From NCBI GenBank assembly GCA_043804515.1, contig JAZDIZ010000025.1, positions 1 through 27,969 of the forward strand: a stretch of DNA of 27,969 nucleotides. The letters are read 5' to 3'. Below are positions 1-7,803 of this stretch, piece by piece. A program made the translations under genes and the position numbers. Positions within the stretch are counted from its first letter, which is position 1, and each line of letters starts with the position of its first letter. The notes beneath the pieces were generated by a model. It was not told where the DNA came from. It made no database searches and worked only from the letters and a program-made list of their open reading frames with translations. The stretch comes from Pseudomonadota bacterium. Its GTDB lineage: Bacteria; Bdellovibrionota_G; JALEGL01; DATDPG01.

Positions 1-1423
1 GGAGGACGAACGAATTCCACTGTTCGAAACAAAGCAGGAGATAGTTACCGGCGAATGAGAACGGCCCCGTGAGATACGCGGCCGCGACACCGAGGGCGGT
101 GGACACGCTTCCGAAGAGCGGGACGAACAGGAGGTTCCCGAGCAGCGTCCAAACGCTGATCCGGTGGAAATGAAATACGAGCGCCGGAAACGTGAACAGC
201 GTGGCCCCAAGGGCCGTGAGGAAGGAAAGGCGCAACCATTCCAAACGTCTCTTCGAATTCAAGACTCGCGATTTCTCGCGGTCGCGGACAACCCGTACGG
301 TCACAAGGATCCCCAGCACGGCCAGGAAGGACAGCTGAGCGGAGGGATCGTACAGATAGAGAGGCTGCCAAGCCAGGACGGCGGCGGCCACGGCCAGCCA
401 CACGGCGATCGGGTCCACGCGCCTGCGAATGCACACCAGCACCACACCCACCAAGGCCATCGCTAGGGCCCGAAACGTGGGAATGGGCAGGTTCGTCAGG
501 GCACAGAACAGGCCCGCGCCCAGCAGCCCGGAGAGAATCCGCGCGTAGAAGACCGGAAAGCGCCGGACCAAAAACGCCGAGCGTGTCGCAAGAAAGCCCC
601 CCAGAAACGCCGCGATCAGAAAGACCAGGCTCACGTGGAAGCCGGACACGACGAGCAGATGAAGAACTCCCGCGCGGCGGAACGCCTCCCGTAGTTCGTC
701 GGGAACTTCCTTTCCGGCGCCGAAGACGAGGCACTTGAGAAGAGCGGAAGATTCCGCGCCCAAGAACAGATCCGACCGGTCCAGGATGTCCGCCCGCAGG
801 CGGTTCAATCCCCTTCGGAGAAACCCGTGCGCCGGGCGCACGACGCCCCACGATCCGGAGCGGCCCACGACGCCGGTGTAGTCGATCCCCCGGACCCGGG
901 CATACGATTCGTAATCCCCTTCGGCATCATTCCCGAGATTCCTCGGGCCGTGCAACGCCGCCCGGAAGCGGATGACGTCCCCTCGATCCGGCGCTCTCCG
1001 GTCCCGAAGGGCGAGCTGAACCACGCCCTCGATCGGCTTGCCGGCACCCTTTGAGAGCCACGCGTGAAGCTTCGTTTCAAACTGGAATCCATCGCCGTTT
1101 CGAAAAGGGTAGTTTACGACGCGGGCTTCATAGATCTGGGGGCCTTCGGGAACTCCCGGTGGCCCGGAGCCCGGGGAAACCGCCGGCTCCTTCAGAACAC
1201 CGGCCCGGAATATTCCGAGAAAAAGCGCCCCGGCGAGAAGCAGGAACGCGGCGGCACGCCGGCATTTCCCCCACCAAAGAAGGCAGGACACCGCGAGACA
1301 CGAGGCACAGAGCACTTCGGAAACCCGCGGGGAAACGGTCCGGTAAAGGGTCACTCCCAGGACGAAGGCAACGAGGGGGAGGAGCAAAGGATAGCGGCGG
1401 AGAAAGGTAAGAAACTCACTCAT
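1..1423 (-). CDS. comEC: ComEC/Rec2 DNA-uptake channel protein, 3' end runs off the window
   Basis: Hand translation from ATG 1423 (MSEFLTFLRRYPLLLPLVAFVLG...), open at least to ~300. Contains RGDVIRFRAALHGPRNLGNDAEGDYESY (DUF4131-like), AFRRAGVLHLLVVSGFHV, PTFRALAM and YDPSAQLSFLAV (Competence-domain signatures). Missing from the ORF track, consistent with no stop inside the window. Overlaps the uvrC stop. Confidence 0.92.
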   Translation of the reverse strand, partial: MSEFLTFLRRYPLLLPLVAFVLGVTLYRTVSPRVSEVLCASCLAVSCLLWWGKCRRAAAFLLLAGALFLGIFRAGVLKEPAVSPGSGPPGVPEGPQIYEARVVNYPFRNGDGFQFETKLHAWLSKGAGKPIEGVVQLALRDRRAPDRGDVIRFRAALHGPRNLGNDAEGDYESYARVRGIDYTGVVGRSGSWGVVRPAHGFLRRGLNRLRADILDRSDLFLGAESSALLKCLVFGAGKEVPDELREAFRRAGVLHLLVVSGFHVSLVFLIAAFLGGFLATRSAFLVRRFPVFYARILSGLLGAGLFCALTNLPIPTFRALAMALVGVVLVCIRRRVDPIAVWLAVAAAVLAWQPLYLYDPSAQLSFLAVLGILVTVRVVRDREKSRVLNSKRRLEWLRLSFLTALGATLFTFPALVFHFHRISVWTLLGNLLFVPLFGSVSTALGVAAAYLTGPFSFAGNYLLLCFEQWNSFVL

Positions 1424-3281
1424 CCGAATCGGGCCCGGTCCTCGAAGAGGCACGGAAAAACTTGAAAACGGACTGCGCGCTCGCAGCGGTCATGTCGGGC
1501 GCGGACTGAAGGCTCTCGATCGGGGCCTCCCGGATTCGCTCCAGAGTCCCGAAGAATCGGATCAGCGCCCTTAACCGGCGGGGACCCACACCCGGAATCC
1601 GGTTGAGAATCGATTCCAGCGCTTTTTTCCCGCGGCTCTTGCGATGCCGGGTGATCCCGAAACGATGCGCTTCGTCCCGAACTCGCATCATGAGATGGAG
1701 AACGGGGGATGCGGATGGAAACACGATCGGATTTTTCTGCCCCGGAAGGAAAATCCTCTCTGGGGCATATGTCCTTCCGGATCGGGAGCGGAACTCCTTC
1801 TCCTTCGCGATGGAGGCCAAATCCACGTCTCCGATTCCGATCTCCCTCGCAACCTCCACGATCTGGCGCAGTTGCCCCTTTCCCCCGTCCACCAACACGA
1901 GATCCGGTTTGTGATCCTCATCCAATCTACGGAAGCGGCGTTCGAAAACCTCGCGCAGCATAGCGAAGTCATTGGAGCCCTTGACGGACCGGATCCGGTA
2001 GTACCGGTATTGCGTCTTGTCCGGCTCACCGTCCGAAAAGACCACCAAGGATCCGTACGGCTCGGCTCCGCCGATGTCCGAGATGTCATACCCCTCGATC
2101 CTGCGGGGAAGCTGCTTTAGGTGCAACGCGCGTTTCAACGATTCCAGAAGGCCCCGGTTCAGCTCGCTCTTCCGCTTACGCTCTTCAAGCGACGACAGCG
2201 CATTCCTCTGCGCCAGGCCGAGCCACCGCATACCGGCACCTCGCCTCGGCACCAAGAGCCTCACTTTGCGCCCGGCATTCTCCCCAAGCAGGGCTTCAAA
2301 TAAAGCCGAATCAGCCACGGACCACGGGATGAAGATGTCCTCGGGAACGTGTCGGACCAGCGTTTCGGAAAGGTAGTATTGCTGCAAGAAGGCCCGGAGA
2401 ATCTCGGCGGCGGCGGAAACCGGCTCCCCGATCAGAAATTCCTCGGCCCCCGTGATGCGCCCCACCCGGATCTTCAGCACTTTGACCAAAGACGCCGCCT
2501 GGTCCCCGGCGATCCCGACGGCATCCGCGTTTCGAAGGTCGCGGCGGGATTCCACCTGTTGCGGCTCGAGCGTCTCCTGGACGGCCCGGAACCGGTCCCG
2601 GAAGACCGCGGCTTCCTCGTACCGAAGCCCGCCGGACGCATCGGACATTTTGGATCGGAGTTTGGCCAAGAGCTCTTTTCGCTCCCCCGAAAGAAAGAGC
2701 CGGACCTGCCGGACTTGCTCCGCGTATTCATCCTCGTTCGCATAGCCCACGCAGGGTGCCGTGCAACGCCGAATTTGGAACTGCAGGCACGGCCGTGAAC
2801 GGTTCTGGAAAAATGTGTCGTTACAGTCCCGGATCCGGAAGATCTTCTGGATCAACGTCAGCGTCTCCCGCAAATCGTAAGCGGAAGAGTACGGACCGAA
2901 GTATTCGGCGCCGTCTTTCACGATCTTCCGCGTAACAAACAATCGGGGGAACGGATGGGGGGTGAGTTTGAGGCTCACGTACGATTTATCGTCCCGCAAG
3001 AGGATGTTGTACCGGGGCCGGTGGGCTTTGATCAGGCTGTTCTCGAGAAGAAGCGCCTCTTTCTCGTTGTCCGTAAGGATCCACTCCACTTCCCTCACCT
3101 GCGGGACCAAGAGAGAGACCGAGGGGCGTTCGTCCCGCTCCGGATGGAGGTAGGCCCTAAGACGCGATCGAAGGCTCTTCGCCTTCCCAACGTAGAGGAT
3201 CTTCCGTCCCTTATCCTTGAGAAGGTACACGCCGGGTGAAGCGGGGGCCCGGTCGATCTGCGCTCTGGCTTCTTTGTCCAT
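1416..3281 (-). CDS. uvrC: Excinuclease ABC subunit C
   Basis: GIY-YIG N-terminus (PGVYLLKD...ILYVGKAKSLRSR), Cys cluster (CLQFQIRRCTAPC), RNase H-like part (RRIEGYDIS, DLVLVDGGKGQ, RDEAHRF) and C-terminal HhH (IPGVGP). Start placed at ATG 3281 (MDKEARAQ). Confidence 0.97.
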   Translation of the reverse strand: MDKEARAQIDRAPASPGVYLLKDKGRKILYVGKAKSLRSRLRAYLHPERDERPSVSLLVPQVREVEWILTDNEKEALLLENSLIKAHRPRYNILLRDDKSYVSLKLTPHPFPRLFVTRKIVKDGAEYFGPYSSAYDLRETLTLIQKIFRIRDCNDTFFQNRSRPCLQFQIRRCTAPCVGYANEDEYAEQVRQVRLFLSGERKELLAKLRSKMSDASGGLRYEEAAVFRDRFRAVQETLEPQQVESRRDLRNADAVGIAGDQAASLVKVLKIRVGRITGAEEFLIGEPVSAAAEILRAFLQQYYLSETLVRHVPEDIFIPWSVADSALFEALLGENAGRKVRLLVPRRGAGMRWLGLAQRNALSSLEERKRKSELNRGLLESLKRALHLKQLPRRIEGYDISDIGGAEPYGSLVVFSDGEPDKTQYRYYRIRSVKGSNDFAMLREVFERRFRRLDEDHKPDLVLVDGGKGQLRQIVEVAREIGIGDVDLASIAKEKEFRSRSGRTYAPERIFLPGQKNPIVFPSASPVLHLMMRVRDEAHRFGITRHRKSRGKKALESILNRIPGVGPRRLRALIRFFGTLERIREAPIESLQSAPDMTAASAQSVFKFFRASSRTGPDSDE

Positions 3282-3320
3282 CGTGCGCGGGTTGAGTCCT
3301 AATCCAGATTCTTTACAAGG

Positions 3321-3510
3321 GAAACGGCATATTTGCCGCATCTCTGCGTTGGGCGCAGCAAACCTGCCGTTGTGTCGAATGCTGCGCCAGCTCGCATTCG
3401 AAGCATCTCATCTCTGGCAGGTTTGCAATGCGCAGTCCTCATTGGCCTTTCAAGCCAACTCCGGTCTGTGCTCGGCGCCCGCCTTGATCTGCGCCAAATC
3501 TGACCGTTTC
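3321..3510. repeat. ERIC-like miniature inverted-repeat element with a nested hairpin
   Basis: Imperfect terminal inverted repeats GAAACGGCATATTTGCCGCA / TGCGCCAAATCTGACCGTTTC. The minus strand carries AAGGCG...CGGAG-[TTGGC/GCCAA]-TGAGG...CAACGCAG. Inner stems 3358-3368/3416-3426 and 3375-3382/3394-3401. Confidence 0.6.
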
Positions 3511-3562
3511 GTAGTGACTCAGAGCGTCTCATGAATAATGCGGGTTAGACGCGTCTATCCTA

Positions 3563-3747
3563 CCCCCTTGATGCGGGCGGGGGGAGCGTACTTCTCGGTT
3601 TCCCGCCGTGCCGGCGGAACTCCGAAAGCGCTATGCCTCGTCTTGAACGCTTCCGGAGTTCCTGTTTTGTCGCCGGCATTTTCAGGCTAAAAGAAAGGAA
3701 TGCACGCTTCGGACCAACGCTCCCGCTCAATAAATCGGGGCGGGAAG
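3563..3747. ncRNA. Candidate rod-like structured RNA (family unknown; 6S-like size)
   Basis: Nested complementary segments: TTGATGCGGG/CCCGCTCAA, TGCCGGCG 3609-3616/CGCCGGCA 3671-3678, AACTCCG/CGGAGTT, AAGCG/CGCTT. Confidence 0.35.
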
Positions 3748-3797
3748 TCGCTCTGCCGTATTCCAAGTCCGAATTCCGGTCTTCAAAGGAGTCAATT

Positions 3798-4211
3798 ATG
3801 AACGCACATACGGAATACCTTCATTTCGAGACCCGAGAACATCGTGAATATGTCCGAATCACGGACGAGGTGCAGGAGATCGTCCAAAAAAGCGGAATCC
3901 GGGAAGGAATGGTTCTCGTGAGCGCGATGCACATCACGGCGGGCGTGTTCGTGAACGACTGGGAAGATGGCCTTCTCGGCGACATCGACGAGTGGCTCGA
4001 AAAGCTCGCCCCGTTCCGCAAGGAGTACCGTCATCACCGGACGGGCGAGACCAACGGCGACAGCCATCTGAAGAGCCTCCTGATCGGCCACGAAGTCATC
4101 CTTCCCGTCACAAAGGGGAAGCTGGACTTGGGAACCTGGCAGCAAGTTTTCTACGCGGAATTCGACGGCCGGAGGAAAAAAAGAGCGATCGTGAAAGTGT
4201 TGGGTTTCTGA
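3798..4211 (+). CDS. yjbQ: YjbQ/UPF0047 family protein (secondary thiamine-phosphate synthase family)
   Basis: [26 protein letters not shown] and [16 protein letters not shown] motifs; AAGGAG Shine-Dalgarno before ATG 3798. Confidence 0.92.
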   Translation: MNAHTEYLHFETREHREYVRITDEVQEIVQKSGIREGMVLVSAMHITAGVFVNDWEDGLLGDIDEWLEKLAPFRKEYRHHRTGETNGDSHLKSLLIGHEVILPVTKGKLDLGTWQQVFYAEFDGRRKKRAIVKVLGF

Positions 4212-4238
4212 ATCCTAAAGCGGTGATATCCTAACGCC

Positions 4239-5846
4239 GTGGCCGAATCCCGATTTGGGTCCTACGTCCTTGGAAAGCGGATCGCCGTCGGTGGAATGGC
4301 GGAAATTTTCGAGGCCCAACGTGTCGGTCCGGAGGGCTTTCAAAAACCCGTCGCCATCAAGCGCATTCTTCCCTCCTTCGACACCCGTCCCGAGTTCAGG
4401 ACGATGTTCACGCACGAGGCACGGATCGCCGCTCAACTCAACCATCCGAACATCGTGCAGGTGTATGACTTCGGAGAGACCGACGAAGGTTTCTTCATCG
4501 CGATGGAATATGTGCCCGGCACGGATCTTTCCAAGATCCTGGCGGTGCAGCACACGGACGGAATTCGCATGCCGTCCGTCCTGGCCGTGTTCATCGTGCG
4601 GGAGATTCTGCACGCGCTTCAGTACGCGCACACCCGCAAAGACGCTTCCGGCCGGCTCTCCCCCATCGTGCACCGGGACGTAAGCCCGCCGAACGTCCTG
4701 GTCTCCTATGAGGGAAAGGTCAAACTGACCGATTTCGGTATCGCCAAGGCTCTGCGCGGGCAGGAACGGACGACACATCCGGGAGCTTTCAAGGGGAAGA
4801 TCCATTACGCCTCTCCGGAGCAGTTGCGAGGCGAGGCTTCGGATGTCCGCTCGGATCTGTTTTCAACGGGTATTCTGCTCTACCTTCTGCTCACGGGCCG
4901 ACGCCCGTTCGACGGAAAGGACCCGTATTCCATTCTCCAGCAGCAAATGCGCGAGCGTTACCGCTCGTTCAAGCCCAAAGCCCTCCGGATCTCCGATGAG
5001 CTTACGAAAGTGATCCACCGCAGCCTGAAACCGGACCCGGCGGACCGCTTTCAAAGAACCGAAGAATTCATCGGCCACCTCGAGCCCCATTTGGAGGGGC
5101 AGACGGACCATCAATTGGAGGAAAGGCTCACCTCCTACCTTGCTCACCTTTTCAAGGGCACGGTCCGGGAGATGGTGGCTCCGGCGGAGGAGGCCCTGGC
5201 CACTACCGATCCGGAAATGAGCGCCGGTGGGTTCAGCATCCCGACCCATGTGCCGGATGACTTCGGTGTCAAAGTTCGCGGACGTCGCCCTTCCCTCATT
5301 CGGGCTACGTTCTTCGGCCTGATTTGCGCTCTCCTGGGTTATGCCGGTTATTACGCATGGACCTGGTATCGGGAGCAGACACATCCTCCCGACATTGTCT
5401 CCCGTTTCGCCGCGCCGACACCGACCAGGGCAGCCCAACCGGCACCTACCGTGGTTCCGGCCCGCCCCGCTCTTGCCGATCGTGTGCCGGCAGCAACGGC
5501 GGTACCGCTCGTCTCCGCAACGGTAGCGCCCCCTCCTCGACGTGTGGAGCCGACCAAATTCGCCCCGAGGCCGGAGAAGAAGCTGCAAACCACGGCAAAG
5601 GTCTTGCGACCGGCACAGGCGGTCGGTTCGCTCACCGTTTTTCCCGACGGACCGTTCGCGACGGTGTATCTGGACGGCAAGAAGCTGGGAGACACGCCGA
5701 TCCTGAAGCGTCAGGTTCCGGCAGGACACCACCGACTGAGCTTTGAGAATGAAAAACTGGGGCGCAAAAATGAGGTCTGGGTCGATGTGGAGAAGGGAAA
5801 GGAGACCCGGCTCCAGCAGATTTGGAAAGAGGGCTCCAGCCCTTGA
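4239..5846 (+). CDS. Hanks-type membrane Ser/Thr protein kinase with Pro-rich linker and C-terminal PEGA-like domain
   Basis: GGMAEIF, VAIK, HRDVSPPNVL, DFG, YASPEQ and SDLFSTG motifs; TM segment ATFFGLICALLGYAGYYAW; ATVYLDGKKLGDTPI...VPAGHHRL. Confidence 0.93.
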   Translation: MAESRFGSYVLGKRIAVGGMAEIFEAQRVGPEGFQKPVAIKRILPSFDTRPEFRTMFTHEARIAAQLNHPNIVQVYDFGETDEGFFIAMEYVPGTDLSKILAVQHTDGIRMPSVLAVFIVREILHALQYAHTRKDASGRLSPIVHRDVSPPNVLVSYEGKVKLTDFGIAKALRGQERTTHPGAFKGKIHYASPEQLRGEASDVRSDLFSTGILLYLLLTGRRPFDGKDPYSILQQQMRERYRSFKPKALRISDELTKVIHRSLKPDPADRFQRTEEFIGHLEPHLEGQTDHQLEERLTSYLAHLFKGTVREMVAPAEEALATTDPEMSAGGFSIPTHVPDDFGVKVRGRRPSLIRATFFGLICALLGYAGYYAWTWYREQTHPPDIVSRFAAPTPTRAAQPAPTVVPARPALADRVPAATAVPLVSATVAPPPRRVEPTKFAPRPEKKLQTTAKVLRPAQAVGSLTVFPDGPFATVYLDGKKLGDTPILKRQVPAGHHRLSFENEKLGRKNEVWVDVEKGKETRLQQIWKEGSSP

Positions 5847-5889
5847 GAGGAACAAAAGTTAACGGTGGCCGCAGTTTTTTCATAGCCAA

Positions 5890-5982
5890 CCCCATCCAAA
5901 TTGGGGGCGGAGGTAAAAATACTCAAACATATCAACATCTTATTTTTTAAGCACGAGCGCCTTCCTGCGCACGAATCTTGCT
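5890..5982 (+). promoter_or_regulatory. Possible sigma54-type promoter region: inverted repeat, IHF site, degenerate -24/-12
   Basis: CCCCA-N7-TGGGG at 5890-5906; exact IHF consensus TATCAACATCTTA at 5930-5942; GCGCACG-N4-TTGCT at 5967-5982 (CG instead of the conserved GG). Confidence 0.4.
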
Positions 5983-5997
5983 AACCATAGCTCAGGA

Positions 5998-7215
5998 ATG
6001 ACTGCGCGAAGCTTTTTGGCGCTGGCCCTGGCGGTCTCTCTTTCGATCGATCCCGCCTGGCTCGCCGCCGCTGATTCGGAAGGGCGCGTGTTCGTGTACT
6101 TCGCCGTTCCTTCGGCCAAGGAGCACGCGGATCGGCTGACGGCCCAGCTTACGAAGGACGGCATCGATACGGTGGAAAAGAGCCCGGCCGCCGCGGACCT
6201 CTCGGCGGACGAGGCCCTTACAAACGAGGGTTCAACGCTTCTCAGGAAAGCAAAGGAACTTTTCAAGAATCTCCGGTTTCAAGCCGCGTCGTCCGCGCTC
6301 AAGCGCGCCCGGCAAAATGCCGATGCCGCTACGCTTCGAGAGACCTTTTTTGTGGAGGCCTTGGTCGGTCAAGCTACGGGGAACCTTCGGGGCATGAACA
6401 AGGCGATGGAAAACTACGCCGTGATGAACGGGCCCCGGCCGGATGAGGGGTACTACGCTCCGGCCGTTCTCCAGGCTTACGATCAGGCCCGACGCAAAGT
6501 GGTCGCCCTCCCCGTCGCCGCCCTCGACATCCGGCCCCAAGTCGCCGCCGCCTACCGCGCCGAGATCTTTTTGGACGGCAGCCGTGTGGGATTGGCTCCG
6601 ATGCTCGTAACGAGCGGCTACCGTGTCGGCCCGCATCACGTGGCGATTTCCGCGAGGGGTTATCAGACCTATCAGCGTTTCGTCCTGCTGGGATCCAAAG
6701 GCCTGACGCTCGCGCCGGCGCTGGTGCCGCTCTCCCCCGCGTCCCTCGTAATGCAGGGCCTGAAGCTTCCTTCGCCGCGGGAAAGCCAGCAAATGATCGC
6801 GTGGGCGCAGGCCTCCGCCTCCAGCCGAGGAATCGTGGTCGTGGAGGACCAGGCACTGCGCGTCTTCAAAGGGGGGTTGGAAACTTGGTCTTCGCCCCTG
6901 GAATCGGGCGCACCCCTTCCCGCCAACACATCGGACCGGATCCGGGAAGCGCTCTTCGGCGCCGCTCCGACCGAAAAGACGGCGCTCACTCCCGTAGTCA
7001 ATCAGGAGGTTCTGGAAGCCGCAGAGGCCTCCTCCAAGCGCGAGGCCACATTGGGCCTGGAGCCTGCTACCGCTACAAAGTCTCAGAGTTGGTATCAAAA
7101 ATGGTGGGTGTGGACGTTGATCGGAGCCGCGGCAGCGGCGGGAGGAACCACGTATTTCCTGATGCGCAACTCCGGATCTGCCGACACCGTTCACGTGACC
7201 GTGAACGCTCAATAA
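5998..7215 (+). CDS. Exported PEGA-domain protein with helical (TPR-like) region and C-terminal hydrophobic segment
   Basis: N-terminal signal peptide; AEIFLDGSRVGLAPM...GPHHVAISARGYQTY (PEGA); C-terminal WYQKWWVWTLIGAAAAAGGTTYFL. Confidence 0.8.
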   Translation: MTARSFLALALAVSLSIDPAWLAAADSEGRVFVYFAVPSAKEHADRLTAQLTKDGIDTVEKSPAAADLSADEALTNEGSTLLRKAKELFKNLRFQAASSALKRARQNADAATLRETFFVEALVGQATGNLRGMNKAMENYAVMNGPRPDEGYYAPAVLQAYDQARRKVVALPVAALDIRPQVAAAYRAEIFLDGSRVGLAPMLVTSGYRVGPHHVAISARGYQTYQRFVLLGSKGLTLAPALVPLSPASLVMQGLKLPSPRESQQMIAWAQASASSRGIVVVEDQALRVFKGGLETWSSPLESGAPLPANTSDRIREALFGAAPTEKTALTPVVNQEVLEAAEASSKREATLGLEPATATKSQSWYQKWWVWTLIGAAAAAGGTTYFLMRNSGSADTVHVTVNAQ

Positions 7216-7216
7216 T

Positions 7217-7340
7217 AGGTTGGTGAAAAAGGGCCATCTGCGTCGTTGCTCGCTCATCGTCTCCTTGCGGCGTACCTTCCAGGTACGCCTCAGTCGCGAT
7301 TTCGCGAGCGCCTAGCATCTGACACCTTTTTGACCAAACT
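7217..7340. repeat. MITE/ERIC-like palindromic element (124 bp)
   Basis: Terminal inverted repeats AGGTTGGTGAAAAAGG / CCTTTTTGACCAAACT (14/16 match); central perfect hairpin GGCGTACCT-tcc-AGGTACGCC at 7269-7289. Confidence 0.7.
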
Positions 7341-7433
7341 GCTGTTTTTGAGCTTGCTCAACACCCTGATAACGCTTCAACGTTGACTTAGTGGGGGCTT
7401 GCCCAGCCGTAGCTCCAGTTCGGTATTGGGGGG

Positions 7434-7493
7434 TCCGCCTTCGCGGAGGCTTCGGCGAGACAGCCTTCGCCTCGTTGCACTCGGCGAAGGCTG
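7434..7493. repeat. tRNA-adjacent REP-like hairpins
   Basis: Perfect 11-bp stem CAGCCTTCGCC 7461-7471 / GGCGAAGGCTG 7483-7493, plus the imperfect TCCGCCTTCGCGGAGGCTTCGGCG palindrome; GCCTTCGC recurs. Confidence 0.6.
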
Positions 7494-7511
7494 GTGGGCG
7501 ATACTGGATTT
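7492..7511 (-). repeat. Direct repeat of the tRNA-Val 3' end (att-like)
   Basis: TGGTGGGCGATACTGGATTT is identical at 7492-7511 and 7692-7711. Confidence 0.9.
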
Positions 7512-7630
7512 TCACCGACGTGCGGCCGTCGCAAGCGCTTTGGCACTTCGATCGGTTCGCAAAGCTAATTACAGCCAAAGAAGTGATTCGAAGGTCTGGA
7601 TAAGAGACGGGACGCTGGCGCCGGCCTTGA

Positions 7631-7654
7631 CGCTGGTTCTCACCAGTACCGCCC
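7631..7654 (+). repeat. Inverted degenerate copy of the tRNA-Val T-arm and 3' acceptor strand
   Basis: Reverse complement GGGCGGTACTGG-TGA-GAACCAGCG versus 7696-7720 GGGCGATACTGG-ATTT-GAACCAGCG (11/12 and 9/9). Confidence 0.8.
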
Positions 7655-7691
7655 TACGGCACTACGTTTGTGTTGAATTCGAGAAGGGAAG

Positions 7692-7766
7692 TGGTGGGCG
7701 ATACTGGATTTGAACCAGCGACTTCCACCGTGTGAGGATGGCACTCTCCCGCTGAGTTAATCGCCC
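7692..7766 (-). tRNA. tRNA-Val(CAC)
   Basis: Cloverleaf GGGCGAT-TA-ACTC-AGCGGGA-GAGT-G-CCATC-CTCACAC-GGTGG-AAGTC-GCTGG-TTCAAAT-CCAGT-ATCGCCC-ACCA; 75 nt with encoded CCA. Confidence 0.97.
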
Positions 7767-7803
7767 AACCGACCGGCATCGATACCGGTCCGGCCTTGAA
7801 GAG

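Noticed and set aside
45..1465. Track ORFs 45..851, 164..466, 1051..1410 and 1064..1465
   Set aside because: Shadow frames of comEC, which carries clear family motifs in another frame.
3543..3560. Palindrome TAGACGCGTCTA as a LexA box for uvrC
   Set aside because: Only a partial match to LexA motifs I recall and ~260 bp from the start; the palindrome is real but unassignable.
3530..3797. TPP riboswitch ahead of yjbQ
   Set aside because: No CUGAGA or CCUGAUC-type conserved motifs are visible.
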